From assembly GCA_965242695.1 (NCBI GenBank), contig CBDESU010000001.1:960001-1024000 (forward strand): a stretch of DNA of 64,000 nt, written 5' to 3'. The first letter of the stretch is position 1. Each line of letters starts with the position of its first letter. The DNA comes from Cenarchaeum sp. GTDB lineage: Archaea > Thermoproteota > Nitrososphaeria > Nitrososphaerales > Nitrosopumilaceae. Positions 28,957 through 43,900 of this stretch are shown one piece after another. The position numbers and the translations under genes are program-made. The notes beneath the pieces were generated by a model, which made no database searches, was not told where the DNA came from, and saw nothing but the letters and a program-made list of their open reading frames with translations.

Positions 28957-31900
28957 TTGACGGCGCGCATCGGATCACTATCATGGGGACGGCATGGTGT
29001 TGCGCCCGATCGGCGCGCCTCTACAGCCTCTGGCATGCTGCCGCATGCGCAGGACGGCGGCCGATGCGATCGCCCCTCCCGCGGCAGGGGCAGGGGTGCG
29101 AGGTCCCTGCTGCCAGGCCTAGCCCTGGCCGGCGCGGCCGTCGCCGCAGCGGCACTCGTGGCCGCCGCGCCGGGCATCGTCCTCGTAGACGATGGCGGCG
29201 GCGACGCGCAGCGCGCATCCGCGCTGGACCGCATCCTGCCGCAGGCGTACGCGCACAATGCGCGCATCACCACCCAGGACGTGGAAGGGTTCATCACCGG
29301 GCCGCACAAGATCGAGATGTTCTTCCACCAGAGCAACATGGTGAACGCGCGCAACCTGCTCACGAATCCGTCCATATCGGACGGCCACTCGAGGCCGGTA
29401 ACCGCCTACGCCACCAACCAGGGGCCAAGCCCGCTGCATCCCCCGAGCCAGAGGTATCCCCAGAACACGTGGGACATGCACCATACGGTCACCGTCGGCG
29501 GCGCGGCCATGCCGACGGACGCCACGGGCTCGCTTACGATACGCGACGGCCTCATATGGATCTCCCACTACAACAGGGCGACCGGCACCCCCGAGCACTG
29601 GCACCGCCTCCACCCCACGCGCCACGTAGATCTGCACGACCGGCAGCCCCCGCTCATCGACACCTCGGTCAGGCCGACGCTCGACATGAGTGCGGGCACA
29701 TTCACGTTCAGAGCGACCGAGCCGCTCACGATCGGCCCCGGCGGGGCGACCCCCCAGAATGTCGGGATAGCGAGCCTCGGGTCGCTGACATCGAGCGCCA
29801 CGGTGTCCGTCAGCGGAGCCGACGTCACGATAACCATGTCGCCGGCCACGCACGAGCGCATCGACAAGGCCCTTAACAGCTGGCCATCCTCGACTACGAC
29901 GACCACGATGAAGTTTGCGACGATCAACCTCCGCGACATTGCAACAAGGCACGACGCCGAGCACGGCCACTACGGCTACGACCTCAACTCGGGCAGGTGG
30001 TGGATGCCGATCACGATCGTCCGAGACACGGCCCCTCCCGTCCTTGTGGGCAGCCCGCGGCTGGACTTCAACACGGGCGTGCTGACCCTCACGTTCGACG
30101 AGCCGATCACATACGTGTACATGCCCTACCTGTTCCTCGAGGACGGGAACGGCGCGAGCCGCCAGCACGTCACCGGCGCATCGTACCCGAGCGGCCTGGA
30201 CTCGACGGTAGTGCCGATCACCCTCTCAAAGTCCCAGCTCGAGAGGCTCTCGTCCATGTATGCCGCGTCCGGCGGCCTGCGCCTCGACATGCACCGCGGG
30301 ATCGTAAGGGATGCGGCCTCCAACATATTTCCCGGCGTCTTTGACAGGGCGATCGATGTCGCGCCCGACAGCATAAGGCCGGTGCTCGACGCGGGCAGGG
30401 CGCCGAGCGTCGACCTGTCGCGGCAGCGGATTACGGTGCACTTTGCAGAGGCCATGGACGTGTCGCGGACGGATACGTCAAAGATAATCGTGTCGAACGC
30501 GACCGGCGGCGGCAGGGTTCCGCTCTCGGACGGGACCGTGTCCGGCCGCGACGGGAGGGCCGTCACGGTGTCGTTCCCGCCGGCGACAAAGGCGGTGATA
30601 GCAGACATGGGCACCGCGCTGCGCGTCGGCGCCGAACCGAACGCGACCCGCGACATCCAGGGCAACGGCAACGATCTCATCGCACCCGTGCAGGCATCCT
30701 ACACGCGCGACACGTCGCGGCCGGGCATCGCCTGGCACAGCCCCGCCCTGGACCTCGGCACGGGGCTGCTCACGATCAGGGCGACCGACGTCATCGACAC
30801 GGATCGCATATACCCCAGAGGGTTCTCCCTGCACCTGGCAGACTCTGCCGATGCGCACCGCAGTACAGACCTGTCGCTGGCGGGGGCCGGCGTGGCGAGT
30901 ACGGGATCCTACGCGGAGACGATGGGGCTGAACCTCACCGCATCCCAGAGGGCCGCCGTCGTCTCGGCCTCGGCCGACGGCGTCCCGAGCGCAAAGGTCG
31001 GGATCAGGGGGTGGGCGTACCAGGACTATCCCGAGCACAACCATGGGTGGTACGTGTTCGGCGCAGGGAGCGCACCCGTGGCAGTCGCTGCCGACGACGA
31101 CCCGCCGCGGCTTGCGTCTGCGCCCGTCGTCGACCTGGACAACGGCAAGCTGCGGCTCGAGTTTGACGAGTACATCGACGTGTCCAGGCTCACCGATCCG
31201 GCCGTCGTCGTGTCTGCGTATGCCGGAAACTCCCTGCTGATACAGGCCGCCGGCGGCGGGCGCGGCCTGTCCATGTCCGCCGGGCAGCCCAACGGCACCC
31301 TGGTCGCACTGGACATGTCCCGTGCGCTAGAGGACTCGGCGTACGCCGTGGACACGTACGAGGACGAGGCCTGGTACGTGTACGTGCCGAGCGGCGCGTT
31401 CCACGACCTGTCGGGCAACGCGTTCGGCGGCGTCGCGAACGCGACGGCGCGCGCGGCCTTCAACCAGAGCGCGCTCGATCTTGCATCGGATCCAAGCCTG
31501 GACCTGGGATCGGGCGAGCTCGTCTTCGAGTTCAACCGCAACGTCTCGGCGCCGGCGCCGGCCTCGCTCTCCGGCATAGTCGTGTCCGCAGCGTCGAACG
31601 GAACGGCGCGCACGGACATGTCCGGCCTGCCCGTCAACCATACGGGCAGCGCGGTGTCGATCTCGCTGACGGCGGACATAAAGGCCGCGCTGGCGGTGGC
31701 CAACATGTCCGGCGCCCTGGCCGTGTCGGTCGGGCCGGATGTATTCGCCGACGACCACCACCACACCTTTGACGGGCTGGCCAATGCGACCCTTGCGGTC
31801 GAGCCCGACCGCGTGCCGCCCTCGATCGCCGAGGGCCCGTCGTTCGACCTGCGCGCCGGCCGCCTGTCGATCGTATTCGACGAGCACGTCGACATGGACA

Positions 31901-34900
31901 GGGCGCAGCCGCGCGGGATCACGCTGTACACCAACGCCACGTCCGTGAGCCTGGCAGGTGCGACGGTCTGGCCCCAGCCGGCCGTCGACGACGACGAGCT
32001 CGTCGTGGCCCTGGCCCCGCTCGAGGTGCTCCGCATGCACCACGCGTTGCGCGGCGGCGCCGCACTGTACGCCAACATTACCTCGTCGACCGCGTCCGAC
32101 CTGTCGGGCAACCCGTTTGCCGGCGCGGTCGGCACTCCCGTGTCGCTCGGCCGGGCGGGCGGGGGCGGGGGCGGAGTCGGATCCGATGTCCGCCAAGGCG
32201 CCGGCACCCTTGGAGCGCCAAGGGGCGGCGGGGGCGGGGGCGGCATCGGCGACGGAGGGTCGAGTCTGGGCGCCAGTTCCGACGCGCAGACCCGGCCGCC
32301 GCTCCGCGGGGCTGTGCCGGGCGCCGGCGCGTTCGAAAAGATTCCGGGCGGCATCGGCGGGCTCGGCTTTGACGGCAGGGACGGGAACGGTGGCCCGGCG
32401 CCGCTCTACGCCTTTGGCTACCCGCCGGTCCTGGCAGCCCAGTCTCCCGTCCGGCTCGACCTGAACACGGGAGTGCTGGAGGTGCAGTTTGCACTCTACA
32501 CCTTTATCGACATGCAGGACGTAGACCTTTCGGGCATCGAGATACACGGCGACGGCGTCCGGGTGTCACTGGAGGGGGCATCCCTCGACCTGGCCGGCGC
32601 CGACATGGTTGGCAATGGATTGTATGCCACGACGGTGGTCGTCAACCTCACCGCTGCCCAGAAGGCCGCCGCCGCCGAGGCCGGCAGCGGCGCGCTCATC
32701 GACATTCCGTACGGCGCGTTCACCGACGGAGACCCGTTCGCCGGCGTCACGGGCGAGCGGATCGCCATAACGAGCGACGCGGCGCCGCCGGCCCTGCTGC
32801 CCGGCGCCAGCTCGCTCGACCTCGGCGCCGGCAGGCTCGTACTCGCGTTTGACGAGCACATTGCGGCGCCGTCGGCCGTCAATCCTGCCGACTTTGACAT
32901 CCTGCCAGGCGGCGATGCCACAGCGCGCGTAAACCTCGACGACGCAAAGTCCGTCCTGGCGTACAACGCCACCGTTGAAATCGTCCTGTCCGCATACCAA
33001 AAGGCGCTCGTCGTCGGAGCGCGCGGCGGCCCGTCCTCGGCGGCCGCGGGCAACGCGTCCGTCAGTACGGCCGCGGCTGGCGCCGTGCGCGACGCGTCGG
33101 GCAACGCCCTGCCGGCCGTGGATGCCCTTTCCATTAGCACCCTTCCAGACGGAGCGGCGCCCGTGCTTGCAGCGGCCCCCATCCTCAACATTGGCGCAGG
33201 CACTCTTACGCTAGACTTTGACGAGTATGTGGGAGCCGTGGCCGGAGTCGTGCCGGCGCAGGTCAGCGTGACGGCGCAGGGCGGCCAGTCGACGTCCTGG
33301 CAGCCGCAGTCCCTGACGACGATGGAGAACGGCACGCGCCTCCAGTTCGCGTTCGGCGATGCGCAGACGGCGGCCCTTCGGCAGGCCAATGCGTCCGCGA
33401 CGGCGCCGCTCGCCCTGGGCGTGGCGGCCGCGGCAGGGATTGCCGACCTGTCGGGCAACCCGTTTGCGCTCGCCGCGGCCAACCTCACGACCGTGGACGA
33501 CGCGACGCCGCCTGCACTCGAGCCCGAGACGCTCCCCGTCCTGGATATCGGGCGCGGCGCGATCACTATGCGGTTTACCGAGCACATCGAGGCCGGAGGC
33601 ATCGACATATCGGGGATGGCCATCGAGGATGCGAGCGGCGCGGCGCGAGTGCACCTTGCAGGCGCCGACGTAAAGCCCCCCGTCGACCCCTCGTCCGAGT
33701 ACATTACGGAAATGGATGCGTCCCTTGTCATCACCCTTACGGCGGCCCAAAAGGGCGCCGTGGCGGCGGCCCAGGCGTCGGCGGGCCCAGTGAGGATCGA
33801 CGCGCCCCCGTCTGCCATAACCGACACGGCCGGATTCTGGTTTGCCGGAATGTCAAACCACCCGCTCGACATCGTTCCCGACACAGTGCCGCCCGCCGTC
33901 GCCGACCCGCCCGCCGTCGCCGACCCGTCGGCATCCTTCCCGCGCCTCGACATGGCCCGCGGCATCCTCTCCGTCCAGTTCGACGAGAGCGTGGACGCCG
34001 GCACGGCCGACCCGTCCGCATTCACTCTGCACTCTGTGCCTGCCGGCTCCGCCGCCGGCACGGCGCCGACCTCTGTCCTGCTCGGCGCCGCGACCGTCCT
34101 GCCGGCCCGGGAAGGCGCCGATGCCACCGTGCTGGAGCTAGGGCTGACGGCGGCCCAGCTCGCCGCCGTGTCGGGCCTGTCAGGCTCCGCAGGGGCCCCG
34201 TCCGTCAACCTGACCATGGCCGCCGGCGCCGTCCGCGACGTGTCGGGCAACGCGTTCGAGGCGTCCGATGTGGGACCCATTGCCGCCACCGAGGACGGCT
34301 CTTCGCCGGTGCTTGCCGCCGAGCCCGTGCTCGACCTCGATGCCGGCACCGTCCTAGTGCAGTTCAGCGAGTACGTCAACGCAAGCGGCATCGACCTGTC
34401 CCGGGTGTCGCTGGTCGGAGTCGAGGCCGAGGCGGCGCTAGTGCAGCTCGGAAGCGGCGGCGCCGGCGGCTCGGCGCAGGCATTTGCGCACGGCCTGTTC
34501 ATCGAGAGCGCCGACGGCTCGACCCGCGCATCGGCGTCCGTCCTGATCAGCCTGACCGGAGAGCAAAAGGCGCTTGCCGCGCACGCGTCCGTCTCGGAGA
34601 TCAGCATCGAGCAGGGCGCAGTCGACGACCTGTCTGCCAATTCCTTCGAGGGAATCGACAGGGCCCTGCTGGCAGTCATACCCGACGAGACGGCGCCCGC
34701 CCTGGCTGGCAACGGCACGTACCTGGATATGGGCGACGGCGTGCTGCACGCCGTATTCGACGAGCATATCGACCCTGCCGAGGTGGATCCGTCGCGCATC
34801 GCGCTGTCCATATACGGCGCATCGGCCAACGGCTCGGCGCCATCCCTTGTGGGCCTGGACGGTGCGGCGCCCCTGCGCTCGGCCCTGTACACGGCCGACG

Positions 34901-37900
34901 CATCGATGCAGCTTACGGCGGCGCAAAGGGCAGCCGTCCAGGATGCGATCAATGAGGCCGGCGGCAGGGCCGACGAAGCCGCCATCGAGATCATCGTCCT
35001 GCCCGGCGGCGCCGCAGCCGACCTGTCGGGGAACGGAGCCGCGCGCAGCTCGGCCGCCGTCGAGCTGCGCGCCGACGGGTCTGCGCCTGCCCTTGCAGGC
35101 GCCGCCCCTGCCGTCCTGAACCTGGCAGAAGGAACGCTGACGCTCAACTTTGACGAGTACGTCGACGCATCGTCTGCAAACGCGTCGGCCATCGCAATAG
35201 AGGACCAGGCCGAGGTTCGGCGCACTTCCCTCGATGACGCATCGCTTGCGGACATATCCGACTCTGACCGCATCGTCGTCCTGCTCACCCCCGCCCAGCG
35301 GGCGGCCGCCCAGGCCGCAAACGCAAGCGCCGACGGCCCCGTGCGGATCGACATTGCGGCCGCGGGCCCCGCGTTCAGGGACCTTGCGGGAAACGCGTTC
35401 GGCGGCGCGTCAAACCTCAACGTGTCGACTACGAACGACTCTGCCGATCCAGAACTGGTCGGCTCGCCGGCCCTGGACCTGGACTCTGCCAAGGCCACGC
35501 TGACGCTGCGGTTCGACAAGCGCATTCCGGCCGGCGCGGCCGACGCCTCTGGCATGTACGTGCAGGGCGCCGACGGGACGACGGGCACAACGCAGCTTGC
35601 AGGCGCTGCCGTGTCGCACCGGCAGGCGGCAGGCGGCCAGGGCACCTACGTCGTAGTGAGCCTCACCGCGGCCCAAAAGGCGTCCGTCGTTGCATCGTAC
35701 ATGGCAACGGATACGCCGGCGGCGACCCTAGACGTCTCCCCGTCTGCGATAGAGGACCAGTGGCACAACCGCTTCGCCGGGCTGGCCGCCGAACCGCTAA
35801 GCGACACGGCCGACGAGACGCCTCCGGGAATGATCGGCGCCCCCGTGGTCGACCTTGGCGCCGGCACCATACGCATCGAATTCGACGAATACGTCCGCGC
35901 CTCGAGCGCAAATGCTTCCGCCCTGTCGATCATGACAGGCGGCACGCCGACTGCCCTTGCCGGCGCGCACACGCTCACAGGCGAGGACGGCCCGTCCGTC
36001 CTGCTTGCAATGACCGCGGACCAAAAGGCCGCCGCCGAGTCCGAGTACAACGGGGCCGGATACCTGACCGTCACGGCCGGCGCGTCGCTCGTGTCCGACA
36101 TTGCCCGCAACCCGTTCGCCGCGGGCGCGCCTGCCGCAAACGCGACCGTGCACCTCGACTCCCTGCCGCCGGCGCTCCTGCAGGCGCCGCCGCCGTCGCT
36201 CGACCTCGGCACCGGCCGCCTTGTCCTCGAGTTTGACGAGCACGTCGACGTCTCCGAGGTCGACTTGTCGGCCGCCTCGATCGTCCTGCCGCCCGCGCCT
36301 TCGTCGTCCGGCAGAACCGCCCCGCAGCCGGTCGGCCTGTCCGGCGCATCGGCCGCCCCGAGCAGCGACGGCCAGCGCGTCGAGATCGAGCTGACCGCGG
36401 GCCAAAGGGGCACCCTGATCGCAGGCGGCGCCGCATCGCCAGGACACGCGGGCGCGCAGCTCCGCCTCGGCCAGGGATTCGTCTTGGACCTGGGCGGAAA
36501 CCCGACCGCGGCCGTCCAGGCGGTCCGCATGGATGTCGCCCCTGACGGCGCCGCCCCGTCGCTGGACTCAGAGGCGCCGCCGACGCTCGACCTTGGCAGC
36601 GGCGCGCTGCGCATCGCATTCACAGAGCAGGTCGACCCCGCCGAATCCGACCTTGCACGCGTGTCGATTGCCGCCTCTGCATCCGCCGATGCGCCGCGCA
36701 TACAGCTCGCCTCGGCGCACGTCGAGCCGCGCGACGGCGGGACTACGGTCCTCACGCTGCTGCTCACGCGCGACGAAAAGGGATCCCTCCCGGCATCCTC
36801 CCAGGGAGGCAACCTGGACGAGGCCCGCCTCTACGTCGGTTCCGGCGCGTTCTCGGACCTGTCGGGCAATGCGATTGCATCCTCGGAAGCGGACGTATCC
36901 GTCTCGGCCGATACAACGCTCCCGCTGCTCGACCGCTCGGCCGATCCGCTCTACAACTCGGCCCGCTCGACGATCGAGTTCGACTTTGACGAGTACGTCG
37001 ACACGGCTGCGGTCGATCCGTCCAAGATTACGGTGCGGTCGCACGCCTCGTCGCCTCCCGTGTCCATCGTACTGAATGCCTCGTCGCCCGTGGCGGCGGC
37101 CGAGGAGGGCCGAACCGGCTCGTGGCACCGCATCGCCGTCGACCTGGTGGCCGGCACGCCGCAGGCCGATGCGGTCGCGGATGCGGCGGCGGCCGCCGGA
37201 GCCGGCGCCGCCGGCCAGCTCCGCATCGACGTCGAGCGCGGCGCATTCTCAGACCTGTCGGGCAACGAGTTTGCAGGGCTCGGCAACCACACCCTTGCAT
37301 CCGCAGACGACGCCCTGGCGCCGGCGCTTGTGGGCCCGCCCTCGCTCGACCTTGGATCGGGCACGCTGTTCCTCCGGTTCGGCGAGCCAGTTCTGGCCGC
37401 GCCCGGCGTCCTCCAAACGTCCGACATCCTCATCGGCGGCCCGAACGGCTCTGATCCCATTGCCCTCGACCGGTCCCGGGTCGTCGCTCAGGACACCGGC
37501 CGCACGGGCGCCTCGCCGCTCGCCGAGATATCGCTTGACGCGCACGACCTTGCGCGCGCAAGGGCGCTGTACCTGGACAGCGCGGGCGCAATGACGATAA
37601 CCGTCCCGGCAGCCGACATTCGCGACCGCGCGTACAACGAGTTTGCGGGGCTCGACCGGGCGCACCTGGACGTCGTGCCCGACGCGGCCGGCCCCTCCCT
37701 CGCGCCCGCGGCCGGCCCCGTCCTGGACATGGCCGCCGGCATCCTCTCCGTGCCGTTCGACGAGGGCATCGATGCTGCGCGCATCGACCCGTCGGGGGTG
37801 GCGCTGCGGCTTGCCGGCGGCGGAGGCGGCGACAGGCAGGCGGCGACAGGCACGGCCCTTGCGGGCAGCCATGCGACGGTGGCAGGCAGCGGCGGCATCG

Positions 37901-40900
37901 CTACGGTCGCAGTCGTAGAGCTCTCGCACGCCCAAAAGGCGGCGCTCGCCGCCGATGCCGACGCGGCCGAGGCGTCCTCGAACGCCGATCCGCGCGTATG
38001 GATCGCCGCCGGCTCGTTCTACGACGTGTCGGGCAACGCGGCCCCCGCAGTCGAGCGCGCGCGCCTGTCGGTCGTGCCCGACGACCGCCCGCCCGCCATC
38101 GACGCGGCGGCCGCGCCGGTCCTGGACCTGGGCGAGCAGGCGCTAGAGATCCACTTTGACGAGTACGTCCACGCCGCCGCCGCCGACCTGTCGCTGATCG
38201 ACGTGTCCGTGATCGACGGCTCGGGCGACGGCGACGGCAGGCACCGCATTCCGCTCGATGCGGCCAGGGTTGAACCGTCCGGCGCCTCGGACGGCGACAC
38301 CGATACGATCCGCATACTCTTGACCGCAGGCCAGGCGGCGGCCCTGGCCACTGCCGTCGAGTCGTCGGCCCTGATCGGGTTTGGCGACCCCGCCCTGCTC
38401 GTGATCTCGGACGGCGCCGTGGCCGACCTGTCGGGCAATGCGATTGCAGGCCCTGCCGGCGGCGCCGGCACTGCGGCCCGCCTGGCCGTCATACCCGACG
38501 GCATTCCTCCGGCGCTGGATCCCGCCCGCCCGTCCGTCCTTGACATGTCCGCCGGCGCGCTGACCGTATGGCTCGACGAGCACGTCGATGCGGGCGCGGC
38601 CGACCTGTCGCGCCTGGCCCTGGCTGCGAGCGGCGGCGCCGGCAGCGGCACCCCGAGCCCTTCCATATCCCTTGCCGGCGCGGCCGCCGACGCCCTGCAG
38701 CCGGCGGCGGGCCCGTACGGCACCGATGCCGTCGTCGTCAGGCTCACGCACGTGCAAAAGGCGTGGGCCTCGGCCGCCTCTGCCGCGGGGGCCGCCATCA
38801 CCCTGTCGGCCTCGCCCGGCGCGCTCTACGACCTGTCCGGCAACGCAATGCCGGCCACCGCAGCCGCATCGCCCGTCCGGGTCGGCGCCCTGGCCGACAC
38901 TGCACGGCCGCAGCTCGACGGGCTGCCGGTGCTCAACCTGGCATTGGGAACGCTAATGTTCGACCTGGACGAGTTTGCCGACGCAACAAAAGTCGCAGCC
39001 TCTGGCATGTCCGTCGAGGGCGCCGATGCCGCAAACTCCACAACGCTCGCAGGCGCGGCCGTCTCGGACGTGCCGCACGGGGCCGACGCCGGCCTGCCCG
39101 ACACGTACTCTGACCGCATAATCGTCGAGCCGACGGCCGCGCAGAACGCATCCATCCAGGCATACGCGCAGCCGATCCGCCTGGCCGGCCTTCCTGCCGG
39201 CTCGCTGTCGGACCTTGCCGGCAACGGCATCGAGCGGCTCGTCAGGGTTCCGCTGATCCACACGAACGACACGTCCGGCCCGGCCCTGGAGAGCGCTGCC
39301 GTCGACCTGCGCGACGGCGACGTCATGCTCGAGTTCAACGAGGACATCGACGCGGCAGGCGCCGTCATATCGCACATGAGCCTGTCTCCCCCGGGCTCCG
39401 ACCCTGCCTCCTACTACCTGGCCGGCGCCGACATCCTCCTGCCGCCTGGCGGCGCCCCGACCGACCGGATGGAGCTGCGCCTGTCGGGTGCGCAAAAGGC
39501 ATCGGTCGCCCTTGCATACGCCTCATCGGGCAGCCTCGCGTTCGCCGCGCCGGCCGGCGCCATCGACGATCCGTTCGGCAACCATGCGGCCGTGCTCAAC
39601 ATGACAGCGGACGTCGACGAGGACGACAGCCCGCCCGAGCTGCTTCGCACCGGCCCGCAGGCGCCCGTCCTCGACCTGGGATCGGGCGTCCTGACGCTGC
39701 GGTTCGACGAGTACGTCTCCACGGCGGGCATTGACGCGTCGGCTATTTCCATGCGCGGCATCGGCGGGGAAAGTGCGGCATCGCCCGAGGCCGTCGCGCT
39801 GGCCGGCTCGGAGGTCGAGGCCGGCGCCGGCGCCCTTGCCGCGGCATCGGGCACGTACTCGGATATGGTCGTCGTCTCTCTGTCCCCCGCGAAAAAGGCG
39901 GCCGCCGTGCAGTCCGTCGGGTACGACTCGCTTGCCGCCCTGCTCGACATCGGCGCATCGGCGTCCATAGCAGACCCGTCGTCGGCGCGGCTTGCAGCCG
40001 TCTCGGATGCGCACCTGCTCGTCCGCCCAGACCACGCCCCGCCCCATATAGTGACAGGCCGCACCGTCCTTGACCTGGCCGCCGGCACGCTCGTCGTCGC
40101 GCTCGACGAGCACGTCCTGCCGAACCGCGCCGACGCATCGCGCATTACGGTATCGGGGACGGCCCCGGGCGCGGCGGTCGTCCGGCTCGCCGGCGCCTCT
40201 GTGTCGACGGCGGGAGGGTCGTCAGACACGGTCACGTTCAAACTGACCGGCGCGCAGGCGGCCGCCGCGGCCGCGGCCACCCTGGCCGCGGCCGGATCCG
40301 GCGGCGATGCGCCCCGCCACGAGGCCTCGCTGCGCATCGATGCCGGCGCGTTCGTCGACCCGTCGGGCAACACGTTTGCCGGCGCAGCCGACGTCCGGCC
40401 GGCCGCGACGCTGCCGCCCGTGTCCGTACTTGGAGCATCCGTCGAGTCGCCAGAGGCCGTCCTGGTCAAATACACGCACAACCTCACGTCTTCGTCCCCA
40501 TCCTCCGACTATTCCCTTGCGATCGACGGCGCGCAGCGCGCAGTGTCGGGCGTCGACGGCTCGGGCACCGCATCGCACACCGTAGGGTTCGGGCCCGCCG
40601 CCGCGGCCCCCGACGCGGCCGGCATGCTCGACATTGGCAGGCTTGCCGGCATCGGCGAGACCCTGTACGAGTTTTCGGGCGCAGTTGCGGTCCCCGTCTT
40701 GGACGGACAGAACCCGTCCGCGCTGTCCGCATTCGCAGTGAACTCCTCTGCCCTTACGGTCAGCTTTGACGAGGCCGTCGCGGGAGTCGACGCGTCCGAC
40801 TTTGCGTCCGTCTCGCCGTCTGGGGACGGCGGCGCGCCGGCCTCGGCCGTGTCCGTGTCCGGCGCCGGCGCCTCGCGTCTGGTGGTCCTCGACAGGGAGA

Positions 40901-43900
40901 TATTCGCGGCCGGCGCAGGCGGCACAATCGGCGGCGTGCCGGCAGGCGCGTACACCGATGCGGCGGGCAACCCGGGATCCGCGATCGACGGCCTGCCCGT
41001 GTCGGCGCCCTCTGGCGCCGTCAGGGCCGCCGGGACGGCCCCCGTCTACCTGGCCGCCGGCACGCTCGTGCGCAACGTCTCTGGCACCTCGCCGTCGATC
41101 GACCTGACGGGCCTCGGCGGCGCGTTCCCCCGCACGGGCGACTTTGTGCTGTCGGCCGACGGCCTGGCGACGGTCACGTTCGCAGCCGGCACGACGGTAT
41201 CGGGACTCCCGGCAGGCGCCGCGCCGGTGCTTTCGATCTCGGTCGCCAACCGGACGGTCCCCGACCGCTCGGTGATCGGAGCCGGCCAGCTCGTGCTTGT
41301 AGAGATCGGAAGCGCATCGGCCGACATCGTCCTGGACAGGCCGGCGCGCATCGAAATCGCCGGCGCGGCCGGCCGCTCTATGTTTTGGATGGATGCGGGC
41401 GGCCGCGTCTCGCTGATCGACGCGGCGTGCGATGCCGACTCGCTCGCCGCGGCCGAGGCGCAGCTCGATGCGGGCCAAGAGTGCGCGGTCGATGCGGGAG
41501 CGGCCAAGGCGATCTACACGTACCACCTCACCGTGTTCGGCGCCGTAGCGCCGCCGCCGCGGGCCCCCTCCCCCGGCCCGGGAGCCGTGCCGGCCGCCGC
41601 GGGAACCTGCGCGCCAGACCCCTCCAAATGCTCGTACGTAGCTGCCACCGCCGCCTCTGCGGCCCCCGCCTCCGGCGGCGGCTTTGGCGCCACGGCAGGC
41701 GCGCCGGCAGCCGTCAGCCCGTACGACGGCATGCTGTACGCGGCCGGCCCTGCCACAAACCAGACGCTCGGCGAGTCAGTGTACGTCCTGGATCCCGCCC
41801 GGGGCCACGCCGTCGTCGCCGAGATCGGCCTGCAGACCGACCCCGAGCACCCTGCCAGGATGCGCGTCGTTGCAATCGCCCCCGACGCCTCTTCGGACTC
41901 GCCGCTCGTGCGCGCAACCGCCATGCGCGAGTCTTCCGAGCCGCCCGTGCGCGAGCTCCCAATGCTCCTTGTCATCGATGCGTCCGACCGCACGCTTGCC
42001 AGGCACGGGGCCCTCCTGTACACCGACCAGGTAGGCCGAACGGTAGAATCAGGCGCGCCGGCCCTGCTGGCTGCCGCCGATGCAGGCGGCTCCTCGGCCC
42101 TCGACGGCCTGGCGTACGTCGGCATGCAGACCGTGCCTTCCGGCGTGCCCGCGATGCGGCTCGACGGCGGCCCCGTCCTGCTCGTCAACACGACGGGCGA
42201 ATCGGCGCGCGTCGAGCCCATGTACGTGCCCGGCGGCCCAGAGGGCGTGCCGGCGTTCCCGTCGCCGGACGCAGGCGGCTACTACTATCCGCGCGAGGGC
42301 TGGCAGCCGACCGCAATGGCCGCCGACGGCCGGACGCTGTACATGGTCGGCGCCGCCTGGCAGCGCGGCCCGGCGGCCGAGCCGTCGTCGAATACATTTG
42401 GACTGCTCACGCTGTCGTTTGCCGGCAACGCCAGCGGCAGCGCCGGCGGACAAGAGATGCCCACGCCGCGCTACGCGCTTGCCGGCGCCGTCGAGCTCGC
42501 CAGCCTCCCTGATGCGGATGCGGACAACTCCTCGTTTACGGCAGCAGGCATGGCCCTTGACACGGCGCGGTCGAGGCTGTACGTCCAGTACGGCAACGGC
42601 ACGATCGCATCGTACGCCCTAGGGCCCGCGGAGGACGGCGCGGCCCGGCTCCCGTCGTACCTGCACGTCGTCGGCACGGCGGCAGACCCGCGCGGCCTCG
42701 CGCTCGACGCCGGCACGGGCATACTGTACGCGGCCGCCGGCGACTCGGTCCTCGTGTACGACGCATCAGACAGCCGCCGCATCGCGGCCGTCGAGATCGG
42801 GCCCGGCGGGGCCGCCGGCCTGTCCGTCTCGCCCGTCGTCCCGCAGGGCGCCGGCGGGGCCCCCGTCTATGCGATCCCCGCCGTCCAGGGCGATCCGCTT
42901 CGCATCATACGCGCAGTCGATGCGCCCTCGGTCGCCGCCGTCTCGGCGCCGGCAGGCTCGTACGGGGCCGGCTCGTCCGTGCCGATCACGGTCGCATTCA
43001 CGCGGGACGTCGTCGTCGCCGGCGGCATCCCGGCGCTTGCGCTCGACGTACGGCGCGCGGCCGACTCTGCTCCGGCGGCCGCCACGTACCAGGGCGGCTC
43101 GGGAACGCGCTCCCTTGAATTCTCGTATGCGGTAATGGCGGGCGACGCGTCCCCCGACCTCATGTACGCCGGCACGGACGCCCTGACGCTGCCGGCCGGC
43201 GCGTCGATTGCCGGCGCCTCCGGCGACATGCAAAATGCCAGCCTGGCGCTGCCGGCCCCGGGCCCCATGGGAGGCGCCGGCGGCGCGGTTCGCATCGGCG
43301 CCGCGGATGCGCCGCCCCCCGTGGTCGTGGCTACGCCAGCCGGCGCCGGATCGCCTGCCGGACCGTTCGGATTCGGCGGAGGCGGCGGAGGAGGCGGAGG
43401 AGGCGGAGGAGGCAGCGGCGGCCGAACCGGCCTTGCCGTGGGCGCCGGCCCCGCCCTTGAAGTCTCGTCCGTATCGTGGGACTGCGACAGGGGCCTGGCC
43501 TGGATAACCCTCGGCGGCCTGCCCGCCGGCTCCTCTGCCTCCCTCCCAGACGTAAGCATACTTGCATCGTCGGGCACGACGGCGGCGCGCGCCGCGCCCG
43601 GCGCAGCGGCGGCGGCCGGAATGGCCACATACGAGGCCGACCTGCCCGAGGACGAGGTGTTCCTTGTCCGCGCCACCCTTGTCGACGGGCGCGAGGCCGC
43701 ATCCGTCTCAAAGACCGTCCGCACTGCAGGGCAGTGCGCAGGCGAGGCCGTCTTCGGCTCTGGATCTGCAGGGGCCGGCCAGGCGGCCGCCGCCGCCGGC
43801 ATGCCTGATGCCGCCCCCGATCCGCGCCCGGCTCCAGCGCCGTCCCCCGGCAGCGCCGCCGAGGACGACGGTACGGAGGGCAGGCCGGACGCGCCTGCGC

